Positions 1 to 11,122 of a stretch of DNA of 64,000 nt are shown here, in pieces (within the stretch, counting starts at the first letter, position 1; each line of letters begins with the position of its first letter). Both the position numbers and the translations under genes were made by a program. The stretch spans positions 248,001 through 312,000 of the forward strand of contig CDROCS010002422.1 in the NCBI GenBank assembly GCA_977020255.1. Reading direction: 5' to 3'. Under the pieces are notes generated by a model, which was not told the origin of the DNA, did not search any database, and saw only the letters and a program-made list of their open reading frames with translations. Source of the stretch: Obrimoposthia wandeli (lineage: Eukaryota).

Positions 1-1642
1 CTGGAGTCTCTTCAAATAAATTTAGCTCAGCACCAATGCATGTTTCTAAGGACATGACAACCGCTTCACGCAATGGGTCTATTGGCGGATTGGTTACTTG
101 CGCAAATTGCTGTCTAAAATAATCATACAATGAACGCTGTTGAGTGGATAGCACAGCCATAGGTTTATCATCACCCATAGAACCAATTGCTTCCATACCC
201 GTTTCACCTAACGTGCTGATAATTTGATCACGCTCTTCATAAGTGATATGGAACATTTTCATGTGAGTTTTAACTTCATCAACTGACATAGTGCGAAAAG
301 ATTGAGACTCTTCTGTTAAGTTGAATGTTTGCTCGATGCGCAGTGCATTATCACGTAACCACTTCTTATATGGCTTTTGTACTTTTAGTTTATTATCAAC
401 ATCCGCTGTATGCAGAATTTCACCCGACTGGGTATCAACAGCCAATATTTGACCAGGGCCTACACGCCCTTGAGCGACAATATCCTCAGGATTATAATCA
501 AATACACCTATTTCTGAAGCTGTACAAATAAAGCCTTGCTTAGTAATAACCCATCTTGATGGGCGCAAACCATTTCTATCTAACATGCATACTGCATAGC
601 GCCCATCCGTTATCACCATACCAGCAGGGCCGTCCCAAGGCTCCATATGCATAGAGTTGTACTCATAAAATGCACGTAGACTAACATCCATCGTCTCTAT
701 ATTTTGCCACGCTGGGGGAATAATAGTGCGCACTGCACGGTATAAATCCATACCACCAGTCAACAGGAACTCCAACATGTTATCCATTGATGACGAATCA
801 GAGCCACTACAATTAACAATAGGCAGAAGCTCGTTCAGGTTATCAATTAAAGGGGTAGTAAACTTTTTACTGCGCGCTTTAGCCCAACTACGATTACCTT
901 CGATGGTATTTATTTCACCGTTGTGGGCTAACAGTCGAAACGGTTGCGCTAACGGCCATCTAGGAGCCGTATTAGTTGAAAAGCGTTGATGAAATGTACA
1001 AACCGCTGTTTCAAATCTTGGATCCGCTAAATCTTGGTAATAAACAGCGATATCTGCAGGCATGGTCAAGCCTTTATAAGAAATGACCTTTTCTGATAGC
1101 GTACATATATAAAATTCACCATCTGCTGCTAACGCAATTTCTGTTTTTCTACGCGCTACATATAAACTAACAGAAAATTGCTGATCCGTTTGCCCGTTGG
1201 GTTCAACAAACACTTGTTCAATTTGCGGCTCATGCTCTTTCGCAATCGGGCCCAAACAAGAATCGTCGGTGGGAACAACACGCCAACCTTTAACACTCAA
1301 ATTTTGTGCCGCTAATTCCTTATTCATTAGCGTTCTGGCACTATTTGCTTTGATTGGATCTTTGGATAAGAAAACCATTCCTACCGCGTAGCGGCTAGCT
1401 AACTCAATACCGAGCGCTTCTTTTGCTACTGTACGTAAAAAGCTATCGGGAATTTGTAGTAATAAACCACAACCATCGCCTGTTTTTCCATCCGCAGCTA
1501 TACCACCTCGATGGGTCATACATACTAAAGCTTCTATAGCTTTATCCAACAGTTCATGACTTGCACGTCCTTCAAGGTGGGCCATTAACCCGAAACCACA
1601 GTTATCCTTGAATTCATCCGCGCGATAAAGACCTACACTCAT
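1..1642 (-). CDS. gltB: Glutamate synthase large subunit, 5' part (runs off the left edge of the window)
   Basis: Not in the ORF track. Manual translation from ATG at 1642: [30 protein letters not shown], the GltB propeptide followed by the catalytic Cys of the Ntn amidotransferase (DNCGFG). Typical position downstream of aroB-damX. Confidence 0.95.
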   Translation of the reverse strand, partial: MSVGLYRADEFKDNCGFGLMAHLEGRASHELLDKAIEALVCMTHRGGIAADGKTGDGCGLLLQIPDSFLRTVAKEALGIELASRYAVGMVFLSKDPIKANSARTLMNKELAAQNLSVKGWRVVPTDDSCLGPIAKEHEPQIEQVFVEPNGQTDQQFSVSLYVARRKTEIALAADGEFYICTLSEKVISYKGLTMPADIAVYYQDLADPRFETAVCTFHQRFSTNTAPRWPLAQPFRLLAHNGEINTIEGNRSWAKARSKKFTTPLIDNLNELLPIVNCSGSDSSSMDNMLEFLLTGGMDLYRAVRTIIPPAWQNIETMDVSLRAFYEYNSMHMEPWDGPAGMVITDGRYAVCMLDRNGLRPSRWVITKQGFICTASEIGVFDYNPEDIVAQGRVGPGQILAVDTQSGEILHTADVDNKLKVQKPYKKWLRDNALRIEQTFNLTEESQSFRTMSVDEVKTHMKMFHITYEERDQIISTLGETGMEAIGSMGDDKPMAVLSTQQRSLYDYFRQQFAQVTNPPIDPLREAVVMSLETCIGAELNLFEETP

Positions 1643-1858
1643 AAATTATATCACTCAACCAGTTCATAAGAATCAACCCCTTATCGCATTATTATTGTAT
1701 TTTGATCGATTTTATTGGATCAAAAGGGGAGGGCTAGTGTACACACCTATGATGGCTGGAACAATTTAAACGAAAGTATTCAACTAACATACGATATATT
1801 ATATCGATATTAGCATTATAAATAGAATTTAATACTACAGAAGGACTAATCAACAGCA

Positions 1859-3781
1859 TTATTTAACGCTGTTTTTCACGCTTTGTATGCTTTTAGGCCA
1901 TGGTTTTAACTGTTGCAGCTGCTTGGGAAGCTTTGCTATTGCTGCTGTTGCTGCATTTCTACTAGAGAATTGCCCATAAATAACCACGTTCCATGCCTTA
2001 TTCTTAAAATAATACATTTTCTCAGCGTCAGGCATGGTCTTTAAAAACCTGACTACACTAGCCTCTGATTTGGCACTTAAAAGCTGCAATGTATATCCTG
2101 TATTAGGCCAACTTCTAATAGTGCTATCTGCTAGCCATTGTTTAGCATTGGTTTGGCTCTTAACGGCTGCAGTATTTTTGATGGGATCCGTCACTTCTTT
2201 AACGATTTGTACTGTATTTTTTTGCACTGTATTAGCATCGCTAATACTGCTTTCTTTAATAATAACGCCTTGCTGGACACTTGTTGCGGGTAATATATTT
2301 GCCTTTTCAAGGCGCACTATCTCAGAGTTTATTGCAGTTGGAGCTTCCTGCAGCAATGCAGGATCTATATTTTGTTTAAGCACTGCTGATAAAGAATTAA
2401 GTTGCTCTTTGATATTCAAAGTTGTGGTTGCTGGAATTAATTGTTGCTCCTCAATCACATTCCTTTTAACAACGGCGATTGGTTTTGGTTGTGTCGCTAT
2501 TTTTACTGTTGCTACAGTATCTTTTATGTCAGCTGTAATTTCAGCCGCTGGAACATTGGCAACTAATTCAGGCGCCCGATGAACCTGTAAAGATTCGTCT
2601 ACATTTAATTTTTCAATTTGCTCAATCTGCTCTCTATCAGCAGTGACTGCACTATTATCGGCTTCCTCAGATACCAGATCAGTAGCTATCTGTGAAGTTG
2701 GATTACCACTATCGAAATTGCCAGGTTCTACTGTTGATTCTAAATTAGACGTTAAACCCGTTAACTGCGAATCTTCTTTTGCTATTTCAATCAAAGCGCG
2801 TTGAGCTTCAATTTTACTAGATAAGCTAGCTATTTCATTTTCTAAAGACTCGGCTTCGCCCGTTACTTCACTCACTTCTCGACTTAGTGGGTCAGATTGC
2901 ACCAGTTCTTGTATTTCCGTACCTTCACCCGGCAAATCCAATACCAGTGTTTGTCTTGCTCTATTTTCATTCTCTTCAGCTATTAAATCACCATCTTCTG
3001 CAAAAGATTGCCAAAACATAACGCCAGTAATCCCTATCAACAACACTGCAATACCAATAATATGCGGAATGGGTAACAGATTAGCTTTACCGTTGAGCTT
3101 TATTTTACCTGACTTTATCATTTCTGAAGTCATTAAGGTTATACGACCTGGGTAGCCCTCTGAACTCAAATAAATATCTGAAAGTTGTTTGCTACTAAAA
3201 TCATTACCGCGCAGAAACCTTAGCTGTATAAACTCTTCTGTTTCTAATCTATTGAAAGGGCTCAGTATTTCTACATGTAGGTTTTGAGTTAAATTTTCTG
3301 CGGCAACTAATGTTGACACTTTTCCGACTAACTGCTCAGATCCCGCTAAAGTAATAGCGATTTTACCTTGATTGGCGGCTAACAAATTAACCAAGCTTTC
3401 AGTTGCTTCATCGCTAAGAAAGTCCGCACTATCTATAGATATAAGCAACTTACGTTGTAAACTAGCGAGTGTTTCAATTTTTTGATGCAATAAAGAAAGT
3501 TCATCAGGCCCACCCAGTTCATGAGGGTTAACTAGTTCATCCATCGCACTATTCAGCATTTTAAGCAGCGCGTTAAGGTTTGTGTTTGCCTCTAAAGACA
3601 AAGATAGGATATAGGCATCATCTTCAATTACTTGATTGTGCAGTTGCTCTACAACGGTTGAAACGCCTGAGCCACTGGGACCTGCTAATACCAAAATAGT
3701 ATTGGAGAAGCGCAATAAATGCGCAAGCTTATCTATTAACTGCAATCTCGAGGGTGGCTCGAAATACAAATTATCTGACAT
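1859..3781 (-). CDS. AAA-like domain + TM + C-terminal SPOR domain protein (DamX-like)
   Basis: Degenerate P-loop GPSGSGVST, a TM segment (IGIAVLLIGITGVMFW), a low-complexity linker and a DamX-type SPOR domain (YTLQLLSA...VVIYGQFSSRNAATAAIAKLP). Conserved aroB-gltB position. Confidence 0.85.
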   Translation of the reverse strand: MSDNLYFEPPSRLQLIDKLAHLLRFSNTILVLAGPSGSGVSTVVEQLHNQVIEDDAYILSLSLEANTNLNALLKMLNSAMDELVNPHELGGPDELSLLHQKIETLASLQRKLLISIDSADFLSDEATESLVNLLAANQGKIAITLAGSEQLVGKVSTLVAAENLTQNLHVEILSPFNRLETEEFIQLRFLRGNDFSSKQLSDIYLSSEGYPGRITLMTSEMIKSGKIKLNGKANLLPIPHIIGIAVLLIGITGVMFWQSFAEDGDLIAEENENRARQTLVLDLPGEGTEIQELVQSDPLSREVSEVTGEAESLENEIASLSSKIEAQRALIEIAKEDSQLTGLTSNLESTVEPGNFDSGNPTSQIATDLVSEEADNSAVTADREQIEQIEKLNVDESLQVHRAPELVANVPAAEITADIKDTVATVKIATQPKPIAVVKRNVIEEQQLIPATTTLNIKEQLNSLSAVLKQNIDPALLQEAPTAINSEIVRLEKANILPATSVQQGVIIKESSISDANTVQKNTVQIVKEVTDPIKNTAAVKSQTNAKQWLADSTIRSWPNTGYTLQLLSAKSEASVVRFLKTMPDAEKMYYFKNKAWNVVIYGQFSSRNAATAAIAKLPKQLQQLKPWPKSIQSVKNSVK

Positions 3782-3806
3782 TTTACCTGCTTCTCCTAAT
3801 GTATAT

Positions 3807-4898
3807 TTATACTTCAGTTGTTCGTGCAGCGTTACCAGACAAAGTTGCCATGAGTAGCTCTATCGGAAATTGATCTGTTACGACTGCCTGACCTAGCTGT
3901 TCGATTAATACCAATCTAATACTACCATCGATTACCTTTTTATCTACACTCATTAAATCAAGGAAACTATCAACCGTCATACTTGACGGTGCTTTAACAG
4001 GCAGCCCGGCAGCCAAGAATAGCGCCTGTGCTCTATCGACCAACTCAGACTCAATCCACCCTAAACGTAAAGACAAATCCAGTGCTAACATAGTCCCCGC
4101 AGCAACAGCCTCACCATGCAACCAATTTCCATATCCTTGATGTGTTTCGATAGCGTGACCAAATGTATGCCCTAAATTCAACCAGGCACGAATACCTTGC
4201 TCTGTTTCATCTTTTGCAACCACTTCAGCTTTAATTTCACAGGCACGCTGGACCGCATAACACAAAGCTGCTTCATCTTTATCAACTAATGATTTAATAT
4301 TTTCTTCTAGCCAAACAAAAAAATTGGCATCATAAATCAAACCATATTTAACAACTTCTGCTAAACCTGCTGCAACCTCTCGTGCTGTCAGTGTTTTGAA
4401 ATACGCTATATCTGCAATTACTAATTGAGGCTGATAAAAAGCGCCTATCATGTTTTTGCCTAGCGGATGATTAACTCCTGTTTTGCCTCCTACAGACGAA
4501 TCAACTTGAGCTAATAAAGTGGTAGGGATTTGTATAAAATTAACACCGCGCTGATAACAAGCAGCGGCAAAACCCGTCATATCTCCAACCACACCACCAC
4601 CTAGCGCAATTAAAGTCGTTGTTCTATTATGTTTACTTTTTAAAAGCTGATCAAAAATATAATTAACAGTGGTCAGGTTTTTATGCTGCTCTCCATCTTT
4701 TAATATAATGCTATCAACTTCAAACGCAGACAAGGAGCTTAGTAAATCATTCAGATACAGAGGCGCTATCGTTTCATTGCTAACCACCATAACTTGGCGA
4801 CCTTTAATATAAGTTGCTAACCCACAACTTTGTACTATGTTAGCACCAATAACAATTGGATAACTTCTATCACCTAATTCGACCCGTAAAGAGTTCAA
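3807..4898 (-). CDS. aroB: 3-dehydroquinate synthase
   Basis: [29 protein letters not shown] and [12 protein letters not shown] motifs. Start moved to the TTG at 4898, which has GGAGG upstream. Confidence 0.97.
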   Translation of the reverse strand: MNSLRVELGDRSYPIVIGANIVQSCGLATYIKGRQVMVVSNETIAPLYLNDLLSSLSAFEVDSIILKDGEQHKNLTTVNYIFDQLLKSKHNRTTTLIALGGGVVGDMTGFAAACYQRGVNFIQIPTTLLAQVDSSVGGKTGVNHPLGKNMIGAFYQPQLVIADIAYFKTLTAREVAAGLAEVVKYGLIYDANFFVWLEENIKSLVDKDEAALCYAVQRACEIKAEVVAKDETEQGIRAWLNLGHTFGHAIETHQGYGNWLHGEAVAAGTMLALDLSLRLGWIESELVDRAQALFLAAGLPVKAPSSMTVDSFLDLMSVDKKVIDGSIRLVLIEQLGQAVVTDQFPIELLMATLSGNAARTTEV

Positions 4899-5292
4899 TC
4901 TACGCCTCCAGTATTTTGTTTGTGACTTGAGCAAAAAGCCAAAGTTGGCAGATGATTACCCGAAGAGATTAATTACCAGTATATTGTCGATAATGACTGC
5001 TAATTTTACTCACAAAGGCCCCTGTTTGAATAGCCTTTTATCTCAATATTCAAAACAACATCAAGTAAATTATAGTTCTTATCCTTTACACCAAATTTAG
5101 TTGTAGTAAGTAGCGCTATTTAGCTGTTTTTCCTACAGATATGCATTCAAATTCAGCGGTTATTCAAACTGTTGTCATTACTTGATTTAAAATTTTTGGT
5201 AAACAATTTAAAGGGAGCCATTTCTTAGCTTCTCTAAAAAATAGACGTATAAATAAATTAAAGGAGAGGGGATTCTATATTAGAAGCAGAGA

Positions 5293-5799
5293 TTAAGTTT
5301 CTCTAATTTTTTTAACAATCTCTGCAACAACCGCTTTTGGGTGTCTTTTATCAGTATGGATAGTTAAATCACACACTTGATTATAGAGAGGTTCGCGCTT
5401 AAGCATTAACTCAGTCAATATTTTTTTAGGGGATTCAGCCTGAAGAAGCGGTCTATTTTTATCTTTAGAAGTTCTTTCTAGCTGCTGTTCTACAGTCGTT
5501 TTTAAATATATGACCATTCCTCTTGCACTCAGCTTCGTTCTATTTTGTAAACTAAGTATAGCGCCGCCGCCTGTAGCTACAATAGCAGGAGAATATTGTG
5601 TTACTTCTTCTATTACTTGTTCTTCACGTAATCGAAAACCTTGTTCACCTTCTATATCAAAGATCCAAGGTATATTGGCACCCGCTCTCTCTTCAATCAC
5701 TTTATCTATATCGTAAAAAGGAGAATTGAGCTCTTTGGAGAGAAGCAATCCAATTGTACTTTTACCTGCTCCCATGGGACCGACGAGGAATATATTCAA
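5293..5799 (-). CDS. aroK: Shikimate kinase
   Basis: [10 protein letters not shown]-loop, EGEQGFR, ATGGG, RPLL; downstream of pilQ. Confidence 0.97.
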   Translation of the reverse strand: MNIFLVGPMGAGKSTIGLLLSKELNSPFYDIDKVIEERAGANIPWIFDIEGEQGFRLREEQVIEEVTQYSPAIVATGGGAILSLQNRTKLSARGMVIYLKTTVEQQLERTSKDKNRPLLQAESPKKILTELMLKREPLYNQVCDLTIHTDKRHPKAVVAEIVKKIRET

Positions 5800-5807
5800 T
5801 CTAGACC

Positions 5808-7916
5808 TTAATTTCTACTTAAACTTTCTCTAATCAATTTTGGTGTTATAAAAATTAACAACTCATTCTTTTTTTCAGTTTCTCGCGTTTGACGAAAAAG
5901 CCGGCCAATTAGTGGCAAATCACCTAATACCGGTGTTTTTGCAATTGAATTGGTTGTTTCATTCCGATAGACACCACCTAATACAATAGTATCACTATCT
6001 TTAACAATCACAGACGTTTTTAAAGAGTTTTTATTGATACTCACTTCACCATTTGGCAGCACTGAGCCAATCGAGTCTTGAGTTAATTCCAGTATCAATG
6101 AAATCCTATCACCTGGGGTGATTTGCGGCGTCACTTTTAAAGAGAGAACCACATCTTTAAACTCAATAGTTGGAGTGCCATCTTCTATCACTACATATGG
6201 AAGCTCTTGCCCTGATTTTATTTCAGCAGACTGACCGTTAGTGGTGATTATTTTTGGTTGAGAAACAATTTCTGCATCACCGGTTGTATTTAGCGCTGAT
6301 ATTTCAGCACTTAGCTGCACACCGTTGCTACTAATATAACCTAATCTAATAGCCGATTGTGCTGTAACACCAAGGTCCACGGCCAATGGAGCATTTAATC
6401 CTCCTGTTGAGCCAGGTAAGCCAATTGAACCATCAGCTCCTCCTCCAACAACATAGCTACCATCGTTATAACCTAACCCCCAACGCACACCCAACTCTTT
6501 ACTAACATCATTACTGGCGACAACCAGCTTTGCTTCAATCATGATTTGTGAAACAGAAACATCGAACTTATTCAACGTATTGCGAATAACATCTAATTGT
6601 TTTAGTGTTTCTCTCACCATCAATACATTTGTTGCATCATCAGCTAGTACAAAACCGCGCTTAGAAATCAAACTTGCCTCTTCTAAACGCGCTTTCATTT
6701 CAGAAGACTTCCGATAGTTTATTTGAATAAACTCAGTCTCTATTGGTAACAACTCTTCTATTTGCTTGCGCCCTTCTAACTCAATTCTCTCACGCTCTGC
6801 AAGCTTGGCTGCAGGTGCTACTAATAACACATTTCCAACTAAACGCTTATCCAACCCTCTTGTCTTAAGAACAATATCCAGTGCCTGATCCCAAGGTACA
6901 TTTTGTAACCGCAATGTAATATTCCCAGAAACACTATCATCCACAACCAAATTCTTTTGTGCTACTTCTGCAATAATTTGAAGAACAGAGCGAATTCCAA
7001 CATTTTGGAAATTGAGGTCAATTTTTTCGCCGCTAAACACCTTCTTTTTGGCTCTATCAGTGTTGTTCTTTTTCACTGCACGGTTAGATTCAGCACGACT
7101 TTTCGGCCAAAAATCGACAATAAGCTCACGCCCTACTTGATATGATTTAAATTTGTACGGTGCAGCACTTGGCTTGATTAAAATACCTGTATTTTTACCT
7201 TGCGAGAAAGTATCAATAAACATTACTGGTGTATTAAAATCTTGCACGTCTAGGCGCTTATTTAACTGAGCTGAGAGTACTGCCCCTGTCAAATTAACCA
7301 CAACATTATGACCCTCTTCAACTACTTCTAATCCAGATCTATCGTTTGAGAGTTTAATTTTAACCCGACCAACACCGCTTTCCGCTCTTTCAAAGTCAAT
7401 TCCCTGGACACGCGTACGTCTTTCAATCGGAGCGTCGCTAATCGACGCCATCTTCGGCTTTTCCACCGCGGCCTGCGAATTATTTGACTGTTGATTTTCA
7501 TCCAAAACAATAAACAAGTGATTATCTTGGGCATACGAGCTGTAGTTAGCTATAGTATTTAAGTTAGCAACTAGGCGCAAGCGCCCTTTTACTTGAACTA
7601 GCTCGATAGATCTAAGCGAATCTGTATTAGCTGAGAATTTCTTTTTTGAAGTGCCGTTTTCAACACCCCACATATCAACCAAAACCCTATCTGGTGCCTT
7701 GAGCACAAAAGCGGTCGGCAACGGAGGAGGAGCATCAAACTCCATTTTTAACTCTATTTTTCCGGGCTGTAATTGACGCACATCTAACTTCAATAAAAGT
7801 ATATCTTGTGCCAACACGCCACTACTAATAAATAGAGAGAGCACTAACAGCAAACTTCTGCTTTTATTACACAAAGGCGCTATAAACCTTAAAAAAAGTC
7901 TAATTTGAATTAACAT
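5808..7916 (-). CDS. pilQ: Type IV pilus secretin PilQ
   Basis: AMIN-type N-terminal domains, LNFQN...[12 protein letters not shown]-terminal secretin motif ([14 protein letters not shown]...ELLIFITPK). Confidence 0.95.
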   Translation of the reverse strand: MLIQIRLFLRFIAPLCNKSRSLLLVLSLFISSGVLAQDILLLKLDVRQLQPGKIELKMEFDAPPPLPTAFVLKAPDRVLVDMWGVENGTSKKKFSANTDSLRSIELVQVKGRLRLVANLNTIANYSSYAQDNHLFIVLDENQQSNNSQAAVEKPKMASISDAPIERRTRVQGIDFERAESGVGRVKIKLSNDRSGLEVVEEGHNVVVNLTGAVLSAQLNKRLDVQDFNTPVMFIDTFSQGKNTGILIKPSAAPYKFKSYQVGRELIVDFWPKSRAESNRAVKKNNTDRAKKKVFSGEKIDLNFQNVGIRSVLQIIAEVAQKNLVVDDSVSGNITLRLQNVPWDQALDIVLKTRGLDKRLVGNVLLVAPAAKLAERERIELEGRKQIEELLPIETEFIQINYRKSSEMKARLEEASLISKRGFVLADDATNVLMVRETLKQLDVIRNTLNKFDVSVSQIMIEAKLVVASNDVSKELGVRWGLGYNDGSYVVGGGADGSIGLPGSTGGLNAPLAVDLGVTAQSAIRLGYISSNGVQLSAEISALNTTGDAEIVSQPKIITTNGQSAEIKSGQELPYVVIEDGTPTIEFKDVVLSLKVTPQITPGDRISLILELTQDSIGSVLPNGEVSINKNSLKTSVIVKDSDTIVLGGVYRNETTNSIAKTPVLGDLPLIGRLFRQTRETEKKNELLIFITPKLIRESLSRN

Positions 7917-7924
7917 ATATTTCC

Positions 7925-8500
7925 CTACGGATCCTTTGTCTCAGAAAGCTCAATACTTTGAGGTCGATTAATCCACCCACCCCTGCCGTTTGAAATAGTT
8001 TCAACTAACTTAATTTCACCGGCATCGATGTTTACTATTTTTCCGTGGTCAAAACCCATAAACCCCCCTATACTTACACGGTGAATTTCTCCATTTGTAT
8101 CTACAATCAACCCCCAGTTACCCTCTTTGCCCATCGCTATATTGCCAACCATTTTTAAATCTTTAATAGCAAAATTTTCTAGGTAAGCTTTTAATCGCTG
8201 AGCACTAGGTGCTATTGCATCACCTAAGTCTACCTTCAGTTGTAATTCTTGATCTTCAGTTTCTGGTACGAATTTCACCACTTCTAAAAAAGGATTTCGT
8301 AAAGAAGTCCCTTCATAGATAAACGCTTCATAAGCTTTAAAAGCGGGCAAGGATTTGATCGGCCTTGAGGGCTTTGCCTGCACCTGAGCGACAAACTGCA
8401 TTAAATCACTAGTATCTTCAATCCATACACAACCTGTCACGGAACTTATTAAAGCCATGAAGAACAACAATCGCTTAGTGTGCTTGTATCTATTCATCAT
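7925..8500 (-). CDS. pilP: Type IV pilus assembly lipoprotein PilP
   Basis: Lipobox-like VTGC, LRNPF, LENF...LKMVG, W-I-RP; operon position. Confidence 0.9.
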   Translation of the reverse strand: MMNRYKHTKRLLFFMALISSVTGCVWIEDTSDLMQFVAQVQAKPSRPIKSLPAFKAYEAFIYEGTSLRNPFLEVVKFVPETEDQELQLKVDLGDAIAPSAQRLKAYLENFAIKDLKMVGNIAMGKEGNWGLIVDTNGEIHRVSIGGFMGFDHGKIVNIDAGEIKLVETISNGRGGWINRPQSIELSETKDP

Positions 8501-9089
8501 CGTTACGATACGTTTTAGCGGTAATAGTAATAGTTAATTGTTCATTAGTGGTTGGTACTAGATTAAAATCATGCAAAGTTACTATCCTTTTTATACCAGC
8601 AATACCACTAACAAAATTACCTACTTGGTGATAGGTACCCTTCGCTGCTATTAATATTGGCAGCTCAATATAGTATTCATCTTTTCGTTCAGACTGCAAA
8701 GCAATGCTATCAATAGTTAGCCCAGAAGCGATACCTATATTTGTTATATCCTCTAGCAGACCCGGCACTTCTTTTTGAGTAGGCAGCTGACGCTTAATTT
8801 CTTTAAACTGCTCTTCTACATCGTTCATCTGCTGGCGTAAACCTGATAAGTTAGCTACGCGATTAGATATAGCCCTATAATCAGTTTTCAGTTTTTCTTC
8901 ATTATTAACCTTAGCAGCCAATACTTGTTTTTTATCACTAACGTAATAATTAACCCCTAAAACAATTACCAATACAAATAGTAATATATAGGTTATTACT
9001 TTAACCCCTATCGGCCAAGTTCCCGCCACCGATAGATCTAAGTTATTAGGGTCAAATCCTTTAAAGGAGTTTTTTAGCGTATCAATCAA
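8490..9089 (-). CDS. pilO: Type IV pilus assembly protein PilO
   Basis: GTWPIGVK, QLPTQKEVPGLLEDI, RIVTLHDF. Likely TTG start at 9089 after GAGGA, overlapping the pilN stop. Confidence 0.92.
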   Translation of the reverse strand: MIDTLKNSFKGFDPNNLDLSVAGTWPIGVKVITYILLFVLVIVLGVNYYVSDKKQVLAAKVNNEEKLKTDYRAISNRVANLSGLRQQMNDVEEQFKEIKRQLPTQKEVPGLLEDITNIGIASGLTIDSIALQSERKDEYYIELPILIAAKGTYHQVGNFVSGIAGIKRIVTLHDFNLVPTTNEQLTITITAKTYRNDDE

Positions 9090-9624
9090 CTTTACTTCCT
9101 CGAGAAAGCTGCACATCAAGGTTGAAGCTTCTGTTTAACTCACTGGCCCCCACGGTCATTAAGTTGGGTTCTCCAAACCAGCGAGATTTATTTAGGTTGC
9201 GCATTAACTCCGAAACATTTTGGTTTCTATTTGCCAAACCATTTATGGTGAGTTTTTCCCCACTCCTTTGTAGCGAAGTATAATAAAGCTCTTCTGGCAG
9301 AACTCTCACTAGCTCATCAAAATAACGTACTATTAATGGGCGATTGCCTTGTAAACGTTGGATTGTTTTCAATCTAGCTAGGCGCTTTTCTTTAAGCTTT
9401 TTCAAATTTTCTATTTCTTTAATCTTTGTTTTTAATTGATTTATTTCTGACACTAAATAATTAATTCTAACTACTTCACGCTCTGCTTGAATATCAAAGT
9501 ACTTACCTAAACTAAAGATGACTAAAACCGCAAACACCATAGTAAACAATAAGTTAGTGACAAAACTTTTTTGAGCCCTTTCATTGCGCTCTTCACGCCA
9601 AGCCCTGAGATTAATCTTCGCCAT
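9082..9624 (-). CDS. pilN: Type IV pilus assembly protein PilN
   Basis: MAKINLRAWREE, LQGNRP, VSELMRNL motifs. Confidence 0.93.
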   Translation of the reverse strand: MAKINLRAWREERNERAQKSFVTNLLFTMVFAVLVIFSLGKYFDIQAEREVVRINYLVSEINQLKTKIKEIENLKKLKEKRLARLKTIQRLQGNRPLIVRYFDELVRVLPEELYYTSLQRSGEKLTINGLANRNQNVSELMRNLNKSRWFGEPNLMTVGASELNRSFNLDVQLSRGSKVD

Positions 9625-9631
9625 AGCTTAC

Positions 9632-10693
9632 CTACTGATCAAAAAATCTTAGCGCCAGACCACAGGCCTTGGCTAAAACAGGAGCATCTTGAACCAAACG
9701 CTCTTTATTAATTTTAGCTTGTATATCCATATTCGAAAAAGGATTGGCAAGCTGTACAGCAATACCTAACTCTTCTTCCAAAATCTCTACAAGGCCTTTG
9801 ATCGATGAACATCCACCGCTTAGGTATATTCTGGACAACTGATTCTGCACATTAGATGAATAATAAAACTGTAAAGCTCTTGAAACTTGTTGTGAAATAG
9901 TTTCTCGAAAAGGCTCGACCAACATTGCCTCTATTTCCATACTCATTTCATTTAATCGAAATGACTGCTCTACTTCCTCAATCGACATACCACATTGAAC
10001 ATGAATAGAGTTTGTTAACTCATTACTGCCAAACCCTTGTTCACGATTATATATAATTTCACCGCGATGCAGCACATTAAGCGTCATTGTTGATGCGCCA
10101 ATATCAATAGAGGCGATAAGATCATCAGTGCGCAAACTATTGCGGCTTACATAACTAAGCATCCGCTCAATAGCAAAAGTATCGACATCTACTATTTCAC
10201 ATTTCAATCCCGCTGAGTTAACAGATGCTTCGCGTTGAACGACATCATTATTTCGGCAGGCAACTAATAATACTCTATTTAAATCAGGGTCCATTTGATG
10301 TGGACCTTGCACTTCAAAATCAATGGCTACTTCATCAAGTGGATAGGGGATAAACTGATCTGCTTCTATTTTAACTTGGTCTTCTAATTCCGCGTCAGAG
10401 AAAGCATTTGATAATTCTAAGTGTTTGATAATAACTGCAGAAGAGGGTACCGCGGCAATAGCATTTTTAAGCTTTGAGCCACATATTTTGACACCTTTCT
10501 CTATCGCTTCTCCGACCACACCTAACTCTTGCACGTGACCGTCTACAATCGCAGAAGCAGGCAAACCAACGATTGCGTAAGAGTCTAAAGAAAGCGTTCT
10601 CTTATCGCGGCTAAGTGCTACTAGCTTGACAGCAGAAGAACCTATATCAACGCCTAGCCAAGTTGCAGAATTTTTATTAAAGAAACCAAACAA
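9632..10693 (-). CDS. pilM: Type IV pilus assembly ATPase-like protein PilM
   Basis: LGVDIGSSAVK, IPYPLDEVAIDF, IDIGA, GLALR; divergent from mrcA. Confidence 0.95.
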   Translation of the reverse strand: MFGFFNKNSATWLGVDIGSSAVKLVALSRDKRTLSLDSYAIVGLPASAIVDGHVQELGVVGEAIEKGVKICGSKLKNAIAAVPSSAVIIKHLELSNAFSDAELEDQVKIEADQFIPYPLDEVAIDFEVQGPHQMDPDLNRVLLVACRNNDVVQREASVNSAGLKCEIVDVDTFAIERMLSYVSRNSLRTDDLIASIDIGASTMTLNVLHRGEIIYNREQGFGSNELTNSIHVQCGMSIEEVEQSFRLNEMSMEIEAMLVEPFRETISQQVSRALQFYYSSNVQNQLSRIYLSGGCSSIKGLVEILEEELGIAVQLANPFSNMDIQAKINKERLVQDAPVLAKACGLALRFFDQ

Positions 10694-11122
10694 CTATTCT
10701 ATCCTTTTCCACTCACCTTACCGTGCCAGTTGGCTAAATATAAAGTGCGTTTTGTTATATTTTTTAGGGATACAAAGATTTATTATACTATTATATTCAA
10801 AGCATCCTGCGGATATAGTAATCATTATTAAAACATTAATAATCGGTTCACTAAAGCTTTTTAGACAGTTTTTTTGTTAATATATCAGATATAAATTGTA
10901 TAACAGACGTTTTCTAAGCTTTTGAAAGTAATATATTGTTTAAAAATAAACTAAAACATCGCACAATGATAGCCATTATAATAAGAGACCATCTTGCCTT
11001 TGCTCTAATTACACTCGCTGTTAATACAGTATTCATAACTAAAACGGCACTGGTGCAATATATAAGCAGCCTATATAATAGCGCCTTATTTTTATAGAAC
11101 TAAAAACAGGTAACAATAAAGC

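Noticed and set aside
325-1391. Short plus-strand ORFs (68, 87, 64 aa)
   Set aside because: Antisense shadows of gltB, which the ORF track missed because it runs off the window edge.
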